Origin: Balanoglossus misakiensis
Taxonomy: Eukaryota; Animalia; Hemichordata
Direction of reading: 5' to 3'
Length of the DNA stretch: 64,000 nucleotides
Assembly: GCA_040954595.2 (NCBI GenBank)
Contig: CM082581.2
Location: 3,960,699-4,024,698, forward strand
Position numbers and translations under genes: made by a program. Positions 27,101-41,205 of this stretch are shown here, in pieces (the stretch's first letter is position 1; every line of letters begins with the position of its first letter). Below the pieces are notes generated by a model. It worked only from the letters and a program-made list of their open reading frames with translations, searched no databases and was not told the origin of the DNA.

Positions 27101-30100
27101 TTCCATTAGACACCCGGGCGGTGTTTCCATGAAATTGTAATGCGTTAAGTTCAAAGTTGATAATCTGTTGCCTTCTGGGGGAGAGGGGCTCTTGACATAC
27201 ATGACTGGTGGACACAGAAATTAGATTTAACAGAGTAGTGATCAGTACATCAGGTGGCTTTGATTCAATTTGGACTTTTTCAACAAGATAATCCTCAAAC
27301 GATAACACGGTGCAATTTCAGTTTCTTTAAATACTCCAGTTTCTACCCCCTTAAAATTATCGTTTTTTTTCCCTCAGTGGATAATCATAACATTTGATAA
27401 CTCAATTTTGTTGGACACAAACTAGCATGGAGTGTTTATTTTATTTTAATCTTTGAAAGAAAATAGTCAAGCAGCCAAGTGAGTTCAGTTGATGACTTCT
27501 TAGGTGTACCAGTTTTACCATTCATGGTTATTTTCTGTGATTTACCAAATTTAAAAACAAATGTGATATTCTACATTTACGGTGTTGTTAGAATGTCATT
27601 TTGAGGTTTAATTCCTGAGGATTGATTTCGCAAAATTTACAGTAAATTTCTGGTTGAATGGAGATTTTGAAAATATAGCCATCGCTCACTCACCAAGATA
27701 TCACTCATCAAAATTGTCAAACTTGTGGTTTCTTTGAAAAATGCATCATGGGATAAAAAAATGTTTGGATAAACTTTTTTGATATGATTTTATATACACT
27801 TTATATGTTAGCAATGGAAACTTGCGCTTTTGATATCAGTTTCTCATCCTTTCTGGGGATGTGGTGAAAACAAAATTTATTAGTTGATTTTTCCCGAGCT
27901 ACATGTGTTAAGTTCACCTTGACATTTCAAACAAGATGTGACTCATTTTGTTGTTGTTGATTGCATAGATGAAGTTGTCCATGTAATCATCCGTCAAAAA
28001 TGACTATGAAAAGAGAAAGTTCGAATTTGAGAAATCTCCGATTGGGGATATCTGAGGAAGGCCAGACCCTTGAGGCCTAATTTCTCTGCAGCATTTCTAC
28101 TAATTGGTCACATTAAAAACAGAGTAATGACAGAAAATGATAACAACACTGTTGCTATTTCGGACTGTTTCCTGTTTCTAATTGGACCAGCTTCTTTTCA
28201 ATTGTCTAGATGTAAGTTCTCAGTATGAGCTGTGGGGGTGTAAAATTGTGAGTAATTATCGTATTGGGTGAGTTAGATTGTACCCAGCTTTGGAGACACA
28301 CGTGTCTCTGTATAGTGAAAGTATTATCTATTTCTATTGTTAATTAGCTATATGAAGATATGTATCTCTCTAATTTGCACTTGGTGATTTCAGGGCAGAT
28401 AACAATCTAACAGTGCATTAGGATGAAAAGATGGCAGCTTATAAATTAACACGAGCGGGAAGCTGGTTGGGAATTTTAATACAAATATCATCATTTAGCT
28501 GGATGTGTCGGTGAAGCCATTGTTTCCAGCCTGTTTGGAGTAATGAAGAGACAAACAAACAAGTAATGAAGGCAGACACCAGTCGTGGCTTGTAGGGCAC
28601 AGACAACCCAAAGACAGGTTGCAGATTTTTATTTGATTTTTAAACTAAATTATTCACTACGGATGGAAAATTAGCAAACCCTCCATAGAGTAATGGGATG
28701 CTAGTCAATGTAAAAAGGGGAGATATGCTCTTACTGTTGATATAGCCTCAAGGCCTATTTAGCCATGTCTCCCTAATAAGATTTCTCCTTCTCCCCATCT
28801 GTCACTCTTTTTAGCTTCAATCCTTCCCAAATAACACCTCTGTCGAAGACCACAGTTCAGTCCATCTCCTCTTTCAAGCTGAAATTTTGCACAATTTTCA
28901 GGGGCATGTTTTCTGGGATATGAATTTTGAAAAAAAAAAAAATTGTCGTATTTCCCTGTCTGATATTGGTGGCAAAGTACGGCCTGGGAGCTTAAACAGA
29001 AACCGTCACTATTCCATTAGATTTTTTGTCACAACCCAATCTTAAATGGAAACGGATCCATTCCCTATCCAGGAGCCATTCGCAAATTAACAACTTTTTT
29101 TTTTTTAGTTTCGTGAGTTCCGGACTTAATGAAAGAGGAAATCACGTTGCGGTGGCTAAACTGTAAAAAGATTCAGTGTTGAGAGGCGTGGAAGCATGAA
29201 AAGACGAGAGAGTTTTTGGATTCGTCCGTTTTTGACGAGCCTTTTGGCGTGGAGAGTTAGAAGGCTAATGCACTGTACACACAAATGATTAGTTGGAATT
29301 GGAGCCGCTGATAAGTTGAAAAGTGGCTAAATCACATTTGCTGATTTGCTCTGATTTATCATCATTTTCTGTAAATCTGTTCCTATTGCCACTCATTTGG
29401 AATAATTCAAAGGGCTTAGGCTTCACTATAAACATGGATAATTTACTTATTCAGACGCTGAACGTTTGCTGATGCTCGGCTTCTACTTAGCCGGCATTCT
29501 CTGGTTTAAACATTTAAGATGCCAGCCTATTTGATTCAGGGCAGGTGACATTTATATTTTATCAGTTTCTGGGGCAGTATGAGATACTTGGGCTGGATCT
29601 GCATTTTTATTACTTTATGTCGGCCTTTTTACCATGTAAATACCAGAAACTATTGAGCGGGACTAAAAAGTGTGTAAGAAGCATGCAGATAAGGTTTTTG
29701 ACTTGGATATACAACTCTTCATTGTGTGTTATCTGCTGCTTGGTTCCCGGCGTACTACAATAGTCAGCATTTCATTAGAGAGCCAGTGAACGGCCACAGA
29801 GGACCCGAGTCTCATTGCTTCCGTGACGTCGCTTGCGTCTGCGCTAAAACGCTCCCAAGTTGAGAGTCACACGTAATCCGTTTAGCCAGAAGTCGGTTAT
29901 CGTGCGTGCGATAGCGGTGAGTGGCGGGGGGTATATCGCCCAGTCGCGCGGGCTTTACTGCCACCATTTGGACGAGATGTTATACCCTGTACATGAATAC
30001 CGCCGTTCTATTGAGAGTAGATTTCCTGAACTTAGAAATTGCTCTCCACGGACAAAATGTTTGTATAACTATCCTGCTAGATTTCACTCCCTGACTTGCC

Positions 30101-30606
30101 CCGAGCCTCAGTACGGTACGTAGAGGTGTGGTGTACTGTTTCTATTGTACCATGTCCTAGTGCAAGCTGCGGTAGTCTCTCCCTCGGCCCTCGGAAATAT
30201 TTCAGGTGGGAAATGTGAAGTTGCCGCAAGGAGCCTCTTTCATTATCTATGTAACCACTATACGCCAAGTTGAGAAGGCTATCCTTAACAAAGTATTCTG
30301 TGTTTGAAATTGGGGGGAGTCCAAAGGATCTTTTTAATGAGCTAGAATTAAAGCCCGGGGCTACAAGGTAATTGAACTATGACTTTATCTCTGACAGGAT
30401 AGCTGGTAAGAAAACAACCAAAGGTCAGAACTGCTTGTAACTTATACCTAAACCAATTCCATTCCAATCCTTAGAAAACATATCCAATGGTGGTTTTCCC
30501 TACAGCTGGTCTCTGTAACTAGTTACTGCATTGTCTAGCCTGTTGTTGATAGTCCAAACATCCTACTATACTGTGACAGTATTATTTTCACTGAACTTTT
30601 TTTTGT

Positions 30607-30621
30607 GGGGGGGGGGGGGGG
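30607..30621. repeat. Poly-G tract (G15)
   Basis: Read directly. A second tract, G12, lies at 51017-51028. Confidence 0.9.
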
Positions 30622-31917
30622 ATAATGGAGAGAGAGACGAGAAAAAAAGAGCATCCCATCATCCCTTGAAGGGATAGCTGTAATTAGTAGTAAATTTTGG
30701 ATATTTTTTAGTGTAGTTTTGTTCTATGAGTCAACATCTGTGTCTTGTTCTGCTCCCTCTAGCATGTTAAACTGACACTGTTACGCTTTTCAACAAAGCG
30801 TGTATATATGTAATGACCATTGCAATAAAGGCAGAGAACAGATGAAACAGTTTGTATTTTTGGCAGTATTTTTTTATTCTGCATATTAGCTACACCTTCT
30901 TGTTCACTGCCTACAGCATGCCACAATGACCAGTAATATTGTCAACATAGCCTGTATTTGTGTTACGACAATTCTTACATTAATTCAAGTCTTGATTGAA
31001 TTCAATTTTCAATAATAACAAAGACCCTGTCTGAAATTTTGTCAGTCATTCATATGTGTTGTATAAAATATCATTATTGTGTAAAATGAGGAAGAGATCA
31101 ACATAGTTTGATCGCTGAATTAAGAAAAGACCCTTCCAGGTACATTTATGTTTGGAGATTCTAGTACAAGGTTTAATCTTGCTATCTAGCATAAAATTAA
31201 TTTGCTTATTTGGAATTTAGCTCTGTCAATATCCTTGACTGTGGATGTCTAGTATCTAGCTGGGTTTTGTCCATTCTGCTCCAATGGCTGTGGTGACTCT
31301 TTCCTCAAATAGATAGATGTCTGGGAAGTCAGACACGGGAGATCTGAGCCAATCATATTTTCTGAATTTTATTACATTTCAACAAATCAGAGTATCATCT
31401 CAAAGGGCCATTATTCATAAAATATTCAAGTTGTTTAAAATTAAAGTAGATTTTAATCGTAAGATAGTTTTACTTTTTATTTGACCTTTCATCTGGAGGA
31501 ATAAACGTCCAAACACCACAAAAAAGTATGGTAACTTGCGATTGGACAGTTGTTTATTCCTACACAGTCGACATCTTTGTTTGCTTCTGAAGAAGCGTGA
31601 CTGAATCAACTTTTAAAGATGGTCATGTCTACTTGAGTTCCTTCAAAACGATTTCTGATGTTGCCACCACTTACTGTGTTTGCACGACCATGACAGAATC
31701 AAAGCAGAAATCATTACAGATACGTTGAGATGTTATAATACAACAATTCGACTTTGTTCGATTGATTAAAAAATGATGAGGATTCTATTATCTGCTGTCC
31801 TTGTGTGTGGAGGGTCCATGTGATAATTGATGTGAGATGGACTGAAAATAAGAAAAAAATGGTGTGAATTGAGTCTAATTATAGTGTCAATGCCACATCA
31901 GAATTAACACATTTTGA

Positions 31918-31940
31918 GTTTCCATGGCGACTGTCAATCA
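31918..31940. promoter_or_regulatory. RFX X-box GTTTCCATGGCGAC abutting PBX/MEIS decamer CTGTCAATCA
   Basis: X-box 31918-31931; reverse complement of TGATTGACAG at 31931-31940. Confidence 0.5.
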
Positions 31941-34900
31941 AGTTTTCCATGCAGTGTTTCAGGAAACAACTTCCTTACTAACCAGGTGGTCGTCTTTGGA
32001 CAGACCTCGAGTCAAAAAGTGAGAGACGCCATTGTTGTTGCATCAAAGACAAATGTGTGAAAATGAAGAAAGAAAGAAAAAAATGGGTGGGCTGAAAGGA
32101 GCAGGGTTGCTGTGTTGTATGTGACCTGCCCACAGCATAGTTGCAAATAAATGACTTGGCCAATAGTGCCCTCTGGCTATGCGTTGTATACCAACCACCG
32201 GCGTAGACACTAGCCTCTGCACAACCAGCCACCAGCGTCGATAGCTGCTTGGGTGATCATTTCTCATATCTTCACTCCCACTTCAACCCACTTTTTCTAG
32301 TCTGCAATCAAATTTTGGAAAAAAAAGACATTTTTCTGCTAGTTTCCACCTCCCTTCTGTCGACCAATCATTTTTGCACTCAACATATTAATTTTCCTCT
32401 TCTCAGAAACACTGTATTGTCCATTGATGACTTCATTTATTACCTGAAATCCGAAATATTATGATAGTGAGATAGTTCTAGAAACTCAAATCACCCCTCA
32501 CACATCAAAAAGTCAACAAATTGTAAAATTGTCTGCATAAAACTTCTCTAAACAACTACAGTGCGTGTGTAAACAAGACATTTCTTTTCCCAACTTCCGC
32601 TCAAACAGGACGACCTAGGTGGCCATCCACCTTTAATACCCTGATTTGTCAAATGCTATATCAAATCATCTAATGGGTCTGGTTCCCACTATGAACCATA
32701 ATGGTTTCTCAAGCCCTCCCATATTACGAAAACTTGGAGGCTCAGCAGGACCTCTGCTACATGGCAGATAACTTTCTACACAGTTCACCACCACTAACAC
32801 AACATAATCGATATGTCGAAGAACTTTAATCCAGAGTCAAGGTAGCATTCACAGTCATACTCAGCATGGAAATCAGATAAAGATTTGTCTTCAAAGTCCA
32901 CAAAAATTGGCCGAATTTTCAGCTTGACCATGTGCTAGCATGATTCAATGTGGTCAATATATATACTAAAATAGATCACAAATGTATGACAATGTGCACA
33001 AAGTTGAGAGAAAGTGGACACAAAATAAGCTGTACCACTAGATAATTTCTTTAACATTTTATTTTCTTAATTTCTACCTCGATTGAAGATAAAAAAGTTT
33101 TTGTTTAAATCATAATATTTTAACAAAAAATTTATAAGTGCAGAGAGAAGGCCTGGACCCAAATATAGAAAACAGTTTAGGAATAATAAATCAGACAGAA
33201 ATTGTATTTTTTAGGAAATTTGCCATCAATTTCACTTCAAGATTTTCCTAAGATCATGATGATATGCAGTCATTTATGGAGTGAGTGGCAGATAAGGAGG
33301 TGAAGTTTTGATTTTATGTGCAAGGATGGAGAGCTGTGCCATGTTGTCATAATTTTCCTTGGGATAATGTGTTTATAACAGGAAAGGGAGAGCATCGGAG
33401 CAGAGGTGTAAGTTACAGCCGACCGATATTATGTCTAAACTATAGGCTAGTGTTAGCGGTGATCTTCCTCTCGACAGAGGCCAGACTCGCTGCTGATTGG
33501 TCAGCTTTTAATTAAATACATTGCTGGTAACTTAAAGTGGAACCCTAGATGGTTTTATCACGGCAGCAGATCTTGGGAAGAGCTTGGGCAGTGCAAGGCC
33601 ATCACAGCCGTTGCTTGGGTCTGAAAGGGAAAGTTTACAGAGTAATTGTGATGTGAGAGTCACCTTTTATTCTTGGTGATGGCTTCGGAGGAACGCTCCA
33701 TTCCACTGATGTGTTTCGGTTTTTATCCAGTGATAACCGCGTGGAATGGATTTCGTTGATGTGCGCGCTGAGCTAAATGCAACACCGCCAGTATCTTTTG
33801 ACCATCCGCGGCAAAACATTTTCCACTTCTTCAGAGTTACCATGCCAACGCTATCACGAAATGACACAGTTTTTACAACCTTATGCCCCCACTTAATTTA
33901 ATTGTTTGGAGATTGTCTTGTTTTCGAGGTGGGAGGATGTTGTTTATGTAGGCCGAAAAATGTGTACACATCTTTTTTTGGCAGCACAATGAACCACTCA
34001 CAAGTTGTTCAGTCAGTAAATTCTTTGAGTAATTATTTGCATACCCACTCAGACAACTCATTCACTTGTGTTGGCTTAGAATTGCCACTCACTTATAAGC
34101 ATTTCCTCATTTGCATAGGATGTTCCACATTGAGAAAGTCCATGCCTGTGTGCGGCCTTTTATTGAGACCGTATTCAGTGCCCGGCCTAATAGCTAACAC
34201 ATGTGTGTGTAAAGGCAGACTTGCAATCTGCCTCCGCCGGTCCCAAGCACTGATTGACAAACGAAACGGTTTTTAAAGCATCGGGTTTCTCCGAATTCAC
34301 GGAGGCTCGGGTCTTGTTTAAAATGTGGCGAACCAAAACATATAAATATTGCAGGGAGTTCTCTGCACATCCCTCGTTTAGGGTGAAAAATTATCTGGCC
34401 AATGTGACTGGGGGATCAGGTGATACCACGGATGAAATATTGGGCTGAGGGGGACTGTTGTGTAAAATTCCCCCCTTTCTACAGACATTAATATCAATAA
34501 TAATGACTAAAACGGCTGTAAAAGTCACAGCAAGTTTATTATGCTACACAGTAGGTTGTCAGAAAGTTGACTGAGGTACTCAAGACAGTGCTGTTTGTGT
34601 AGGCCACCCATTTATTTGAGTAACTCAAACAATAATATTGACTAATGGTAAAAGCTTAGCTTTAATCAGAGATGGGGAGCTGGCTAGACCCAGCTTGACC
34701 CCACTACCCATTTTAATAGCCCTTTATTGAGTGGAACTGTTTTTTCTGCGGTCTAGTTTCCTTTTAAAATTATTTGCAGAGGCAGAGACAATGATTTGGG
34801 GTAGATAGCCAAGGCATACATGCAGCCCTGACTGGGCTGCCCACAGCACAATAACTCTGTGTGTGTCTCAAAGAGGGAAGGGGGACACTCTAGACTTAGT

Positions 34901-35274
34901 CTAATATCTAGCCATGTGTTGTTCACTTTGCTTCCAAAGTTTAGTAGAAGCAAAGCGGACAACTAGATTTCTAGACTACTGTAGACCCTACAAGTCTGAG
35001 GGGCTCTGCTGACAGTTTTCTGGCCAAAGATAACAGATTAAAACACAAGATTTTAAATTTGAAAATCACTGACACCTTAATCAATGCTTTATACCAAGTT
35101 GTCTCCTCAGGAAAATAGTTTGAAATTAAGTTTATGAAGTGGAAACCACTTTAGAACAAAACCTTTGCAAGTTTTAAAAGTACTAATATTTTGCATTTTG
35201 CAAAGCATGGATTAGATTTTTTCTATTGTTTGATTATCCTAAGTGCTTAGATTTTTGTCTAAAATATGATTTAA

Positions 35275-35436
35275 ATTACACAATACAATGTTGCATATGC
35301 TGTATACTGCTATGGCAGAGTATAATGCTGTATTAATGTTGTGTAATACAGTATACAATACAGTATACAATGTATAATGCCATGTAGTGTTATATAAAAT
35401 GCTGTGTGTTGTATACAGTTATATAAATACATACAC
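35275..35436. repeat. Degenerate low-complexity repeat (TACAA/TGTAT-type)
   Basis: Recurrent tacaa, gtata and tgctg units; looks like a decayed microsatellite. Confidence 0.5.
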
Positions 35437-38347
35437 TGTTTAAAACAAACATGCATATTTATGAAAGCATAGAATATTGACAATGTCCATGATTAAATGT
35501 TACAGTAATAAGCTTAACAAATTACTGAAATCCCGTTTACTGGGCCTTTAATTTCTCAATGGCTAGAATGACAATTTATCTTTGCCCCACAAAGTCGAGT
35601 AGTCTTGTGGATTTAGGGCTTCACAGGTTCAAGACGAAATATTCTAGACCTTCATTGATACGAAGATGCTTTGACTGACAGGAAGTGTAACCATGCCAAC
35701 ACTGGAAAATAAAAACCAAGGTTTAGATGACTAATAGGAGACTGTAGAGTTGATGGCCAATCCCATCATGCAATTGTGAGTTATAGCATTAAATGCGAAA
35801 AAATGAAGACTTAAAATTGAAATACATTATACAAATGGTTACGGTAAATATTGTCATTTTCTGCTTGAAAACAAATATAATCTTTGCCTGTAATTTATAG
35901 TAAAATATACTGAAAGTTCAAAGTTTGGCTTTGACCTGAATTTTTACGTGATTATTGATAATTACTCTTAGTGCTTTGTGAAATGTCACAGGGTGTTAGA
36001 AACAGTGTTCAGAACGTGATAGCTTATCAACGACAGTATTTAAGCTTTTAAGTTAGCAGTCGATCACAGGATATACTAGTAGATGTATTTTTGAACTTGC
36101 ACAGTATGTATGGTTTCTTTCATGTGCATTCCGGTTCTAGACTAAACAGTTTTATTCTCAGCTCAGAAACCCTATGTAGACATCCTAATGATTGTTAGTG
36201 ATATAACATCCTGCATTAAAATCAATCCAAACAATTCACTTCCTTTTGTTCCTTTCCGATTTTACATATTTTTCTTTTGATTAGCAACTGTAAGAAATCA
36301 CTGTTAACAAATCTGTGAGTGTCATCTTTGATATTAGTGGGGTAACAGAAAGATATTTTCAGAGAAATTTACACATGGTCATCATCATGATCCCAAATCT
36401 GTTCTACAATCAACAATGTAAGGAGTCCTTGATTACTGAATAAGGCGTAAACCTTATACAAGCTGTAGCTTCAATTGATTGATTGATAGATAACAAAAAT
36501 TAGTATTTACAACAGCGATAACTAATTTTCTGTGACAGTTTTATCTTGAATGGAATGATAACCGAAGAGCATAAAGTTGGTGTTAGTTGGTCCCCAATGT
36601 CCTTCTGATGACTTCTTCATTTCCAAATATTTACTGCCCTGAGACAGCTGGGCAATTGTGGGGATTCCTGCAAGATTTTTCTCATTCTGAAGTGAACTTG
36701 GGCATTTGGGAGTTTATTGTCTCTGTGGGCTGTTAGCAATATAGGTATTTTCGCTGTAAAGGAAGTTTGCCTTCTAAGCATTGTTGTGTCGCTGATTTTC
36801 AGTCCCACTTGCAAATCGTGGAGTGCGTCTCTTGATGGCAGTCTAGTTCTCTGACTGCCAGTCAAGTTTAACAACCCGAAGCAGCTGTCTCGACATCAGC
36901 TGTGTTGGGATGTGCAAATCATCCGGGGGAACGTTGACGTTCGGAAGTAGAGCCAGCAAGTAGCAGCAGGCAAGTTTCCGATGCCCATACATCCAAGGTT
37001 GGAGGGGGAAGTTTTAAAGGTTCCCCATAAAATCACATCAATGAAATTGCATCTGTGCTTCAGGAAAGTGTTTGAAACAGAGTAGTGGCTAGAGCCAACA
37101 TGAAGCTGTGCCAATAATATTTCATTTCTTCCCCCCCTACATTTTTTTATTTTCCTGTATGCTGGCCATCATTTGCAAGGACTCTTTTTGGAGAATAATA
37201 TATAAGCAAGGAAAATGTGATTGATTTTAGCCAGAATTCTTGTCTGAAATGTTGGCTAGGGTCTTTAGTAGGGTGGCCCGCTGCGCATACAGTTGTCTTT
37301 CTCATTGGTTTATATAATGCAAAAGGGGTTCAAATTTCTGCTCGAACGGGTCAAATAAATGGATAAGTTGTTGTGGCAGTGACACAAAACAAACTTGTGG
37401 GCCAAATATTTGGAATCTGCCGCCACCTCACAGTATGTTGAACCAGAGTCGGTATACTCTTCTGTCAGCTGATACGGAAAAGGGAAAGAGAACGGAAGAG
37501 AAGCTTGGCAGACTCTTGTAATGGCCTTTGCCGTGCCCTATCTGACATCATTCACTTTTTATCACTGATGTGGTGGCCCTCGCATTGACAGCTTGCTCCC
37601 CAAACTGTTCAAATTAATGGATATTAACAGACCCTTATTACTCAAAATGTAAGAACATCCATTGATATATGACTTGTCCCACTAACCATGTGTTGAAAAG
37701 TTGACTGTGTTTTATGTAAAGTCCACACATTAGATGTTTGGCTATTAACTAGGTAATTCTATCTTCATGCATGTAGCAACATAACAATATACAGTTGAGG
37801 TTCTCAGTCCAACCCACTAGCTACTGCTTTATCTTTGATAATTTGGTATAAAATGGTTGGTATGAAATTTGATTGGGAGATGGCCTCCCCCCAATTTTAA
37901 TGTTATAGGTGATGTCTACGAGTGGAAGTACATTGGGCCTCTAGCTGTTGCTATTAAAAATATTGGCTTCAATGGCGGAGTAATGACTTCACCTAATGGT
38001 GTTTGTAACATAAAATTGAAGGGGGGGTTTTTGTGAGCTCGGAAATTCCGGAAGGATCCCTGGTGCGGTCACTTCTGGCAAAGTGAAATAAATTGAGAAA
38101 ATTGCGGGATGATGAAATTACAAACTGAAGAAATTTGTCACAAAACAGGAAGTTGTACTTGGATACAAGAGGAAATAGGGAAACATGATAGTTTTGGTTG
38201 CCATATCAACACGGTTGTTGCTGTCGTTCATGACAACTGGTTTGTGATCAGAGTCGCACATACACTTCGTCTGTGATGGCCTTTCAAAATCTCCACCGCG
38301 CTGCAGACATTCGATATATATTTGGTGAAAGATGGCAAAGTTGAATG

Positions 38348-38361
38348 GTTACCATGGTGAC
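38348..38361. promoter_or_regulatory. RFX X-box GTTACCATGGTGAC
   Basis: Exact GTNNCCATGGNNAC palindrome. Confidence 0.5.
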
Positions 38362-38476
38362 GGAGTCGGTGATGGAGATTGAAAAACATCACGGAGTGAT
38401 GAGAATGCTATTGAGCGGCAAAAAAAAAGTGGAAGTTGCTGGAAAAGTTCAACGGTGCAGAGTAGTGATGATTTCG

Positions 38477-38489
38477 GGGTCAAAGGTCA
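38477..38489 (+). promoter_or_regulatory. Nuclear-receptor DR1 element GGGTCA-A-AGGTCA
   Basis: Perfect RGGTCA direct repeat with 1-nt spacer (COUP-TF/RXR/HNF4-type). Confidence 0.45.
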
Positions 38490-39723
38490 GTGAAATTTAT
38501 CAGCAGTAACCCTCCGTAGCAGTCAAGTGATTTGTCACATACATAATGTATGGTGCGTATACAGATATGATTTGAATGAAAAATATTGACAGATACTGCA
38601 TTATGCATGGCACTATGATTTATAATCATTGCACAGAATAAACCGCAATCTTTAAAAAAAAGCGCATTAAAAATGCAAGAGCATGACGGAAAAAAAAAAT
38701 ATGCGTCTTACATAGAAATGATCTTGGGAGTTGCATGTGGGTGAGAGGTGTGGGCAGCCAGTGGTGGAAAAGAGTGTGCAGCCAGCAAGCACTGAAGTGT
38801 CTCTCAACAGAACAGAAGGGCAGTATCAAGCTGAGTGGGTTAGCATGGCAGACCCCAGGCAAAGTCATCACGCAATTCGGTAAGATGATGCCCTTGCGGT
38901 AAAAGAAACGGCTGATGTATATCAGATCTGCTGGGCGTATGGCTCCCTCACAAGATGCCGAGAAAAAAAAAAAGTTCCTTGTCTGAAACGTGTTTCGGAG
39001 AGACACTGCAATCGTAGTCAAAGCGAGAGACCTAACCTTTCTGGGTTTTTTTGACGTGGAAACTAAACAAAGCAAAAATCATTAATTCATATCATCCACT
39101 TTTTAATTTGAAAGTGTAATGTATCAGATGCAACTTGAGAGATTGTCTGGTCTGTGCGTCCAAAGGTGGGACCATCCCGGCATGTCTTGTTATTTAGCAT
39201 ACAGAATATGATACAAAGTCCAATCAAATGGAGTTTACAAAATTTGTCGGCACTTGATGAAGAAAACAAAAGTTTGAAATGAAATCACGCAATGCAGCTA
39301 AGTGACGCCCAATAGTGAACTGGATATGCCTGTTCATTTGGTGAAGGCACTTGCCTTTTGCTTGTACTTTGAAATTTGACGCAGGAATGAAAGGTAATTC
39401 TATAGCAGATGCTAGATACCAGACAAAAACAGTCTACCCCAAAAAAATGACCAGGCACAGATATTTGCTATTGGCTAACAGAAAATGTGCATGTGTAGAC
39501 ATCCAAGGTTAAAGGTGATGTCTTCATTTAAAATTATGGGATGTTGGTTCCTTGTTACTTTCTGAGAAAAACAAGGCATCATTTTAAAATGAATGTGGAA
39601 AAAATGATTTATAGGTTTACTTTTAACAACCAGTTTTGCAAAATTGTGAACTTTACATTGTTTTAATGTTTGTAAGAAAAAAAAATTTAGTTTCTCGTTT
39701 GAAACCTGAGTAAAAAGAAAACA

Positions 39724-39773
39724 GTAAACAGACTTATGGCTGTTGCTTAGCAACCTGACTCACAAAATGGCGG
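39724..39773. promoter_or_regulatory. Composite element: Fox (GTAAACA) + RFX (GTTGCTTAGCAAC) + AP-1 (TGACTCA) + YY1 (AAAATGGCGG)
   Basis: Motifs at 39724-39730, 39742-39754, 39756-39762 and 39764-39773. Confidence 0.45.
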
Positions 39774-39884
39774 TGACAACTGAATTGAACATTAGAGTTA
39801 ATCGATGCATCTGAACTAATCACAAAATGCATTCAAATTTGTTTTTGTGTGAAAAATAATGAATTCAGGAAACATTTCTGTGTA

Positions 39885-39908
39885 GATGATGATGATGATG
39901 ATGATGAT
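39885..39908. repeat. (GAT)8 microsatellite
   Basis: Read directly. Confidence 0.9.
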
Positions 39909-41191
39909 TCTAACATGAATTACTCCAAGTAATCAAGTAGCAAAGACAAGGTGTGAGTTATAGCTGTTTTTATGTGTCACCAAATGGGTTTTTGCACATT
40001 GCTGTTAATATTCAAGAACTTACAGTGGAAGGTTAGCAACGTGTTCATCTTTTAGATGATAACCGGAAGGAATACAAGCAAGCAGACATCAACACCCATC
40101 AATATCATGAATAATTTATTACCCTTCTGGTCAACAGTTTTTCTTGTTTCAACTTCAAATGATACGTACCTCTCTCTTTAATTTTTGAAACGGTGATCTG
40201 TGCCATTTTGTGAACGGGTGGAATACTGCAAAATCATCTGTGTGTGCGTTTTCAGTGTGCGGACGTACATGTAGCTAATGGTCGTGCGTGATACATCAAC
40301 ATGCCGATTCTTTTGTAAATATATTTTGGTGGTTGACTGGGCTCGAAGCTCACTGTTGCCTTTAATTGAGGTTGCCGTGTGTTCAAGAGTAGTACTTTGT
40401 GATTTGACAGCTCCTGATGTTGGACTCCTACACGCGGAACCTGATAACGGGGAGAATCGAGCGATGGCCAGGTTGTGAGGGGCTGTTCGAATAGTGACGT
40501 GTGTCTCCACGGCGACATGCACATGACAATGACCGCAACTCAAGGATAGCACGAAATTATTCCAGAGTGTGTGTGTAATATTTGGTGGCTGATTGGGCTT
40601 GTCGGCGTGGTTACCTGGCCCCGGTGACACTTGTATGACTGACACGGCTGGCCCCCTCTGTCATCAATGCATCTGTCTAATGCAGTTTTAAACTTGCCAC
40701 GACAGCCTTTGTATTCCTTCTTCATCTGCATTATCTTTCCCATTATAAAGTAAAGTAATGAGAATGTTTTAACTACTAATGTTGAGTGATAACAAGGCAA
40801 TCCCCAAGCGAAAGTGCTTGATAAGAATTCAAATTAGTGCCTAGGATAGCAGTTCCTTGGAGGAAACCACGTCTATTGTCTGCACTTGTATGCTGCAATG
40901 AGCCGTAGTCACCATCAATGCAAAGCAATATCCACAGAAATCCAAAAAGTTAGTTATCGGCATCTCCCCAGCCCCAGACTCTATTCTTTGACAAGGTTTT
41001 GCCAATCTAAATAGGATTTTAATATCATAGGGGACTAACACTAATGTAATAAAGTGGAACCATAGCAATGGCATAAACTGTACTCTTTGGGGAGAACGTT
41101 GGGGAAAAAGGGGACTAATAGCAAAATGAAAACTTTTGGGAAAATTCATTTTAAGTGTACAACAGCCGAGATGACAAGAGGATTGTCAATG

Positions 41192-41205
41192 GTTGCCATG
41201 GAAAC
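41192..41205. promoter_or_regulatory. RFX X-box GTTGCCATGGAAAC
   Basis: Canonical X-box; Fox-like GTAAATA at 41210-41216. Confidence 0.55.
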
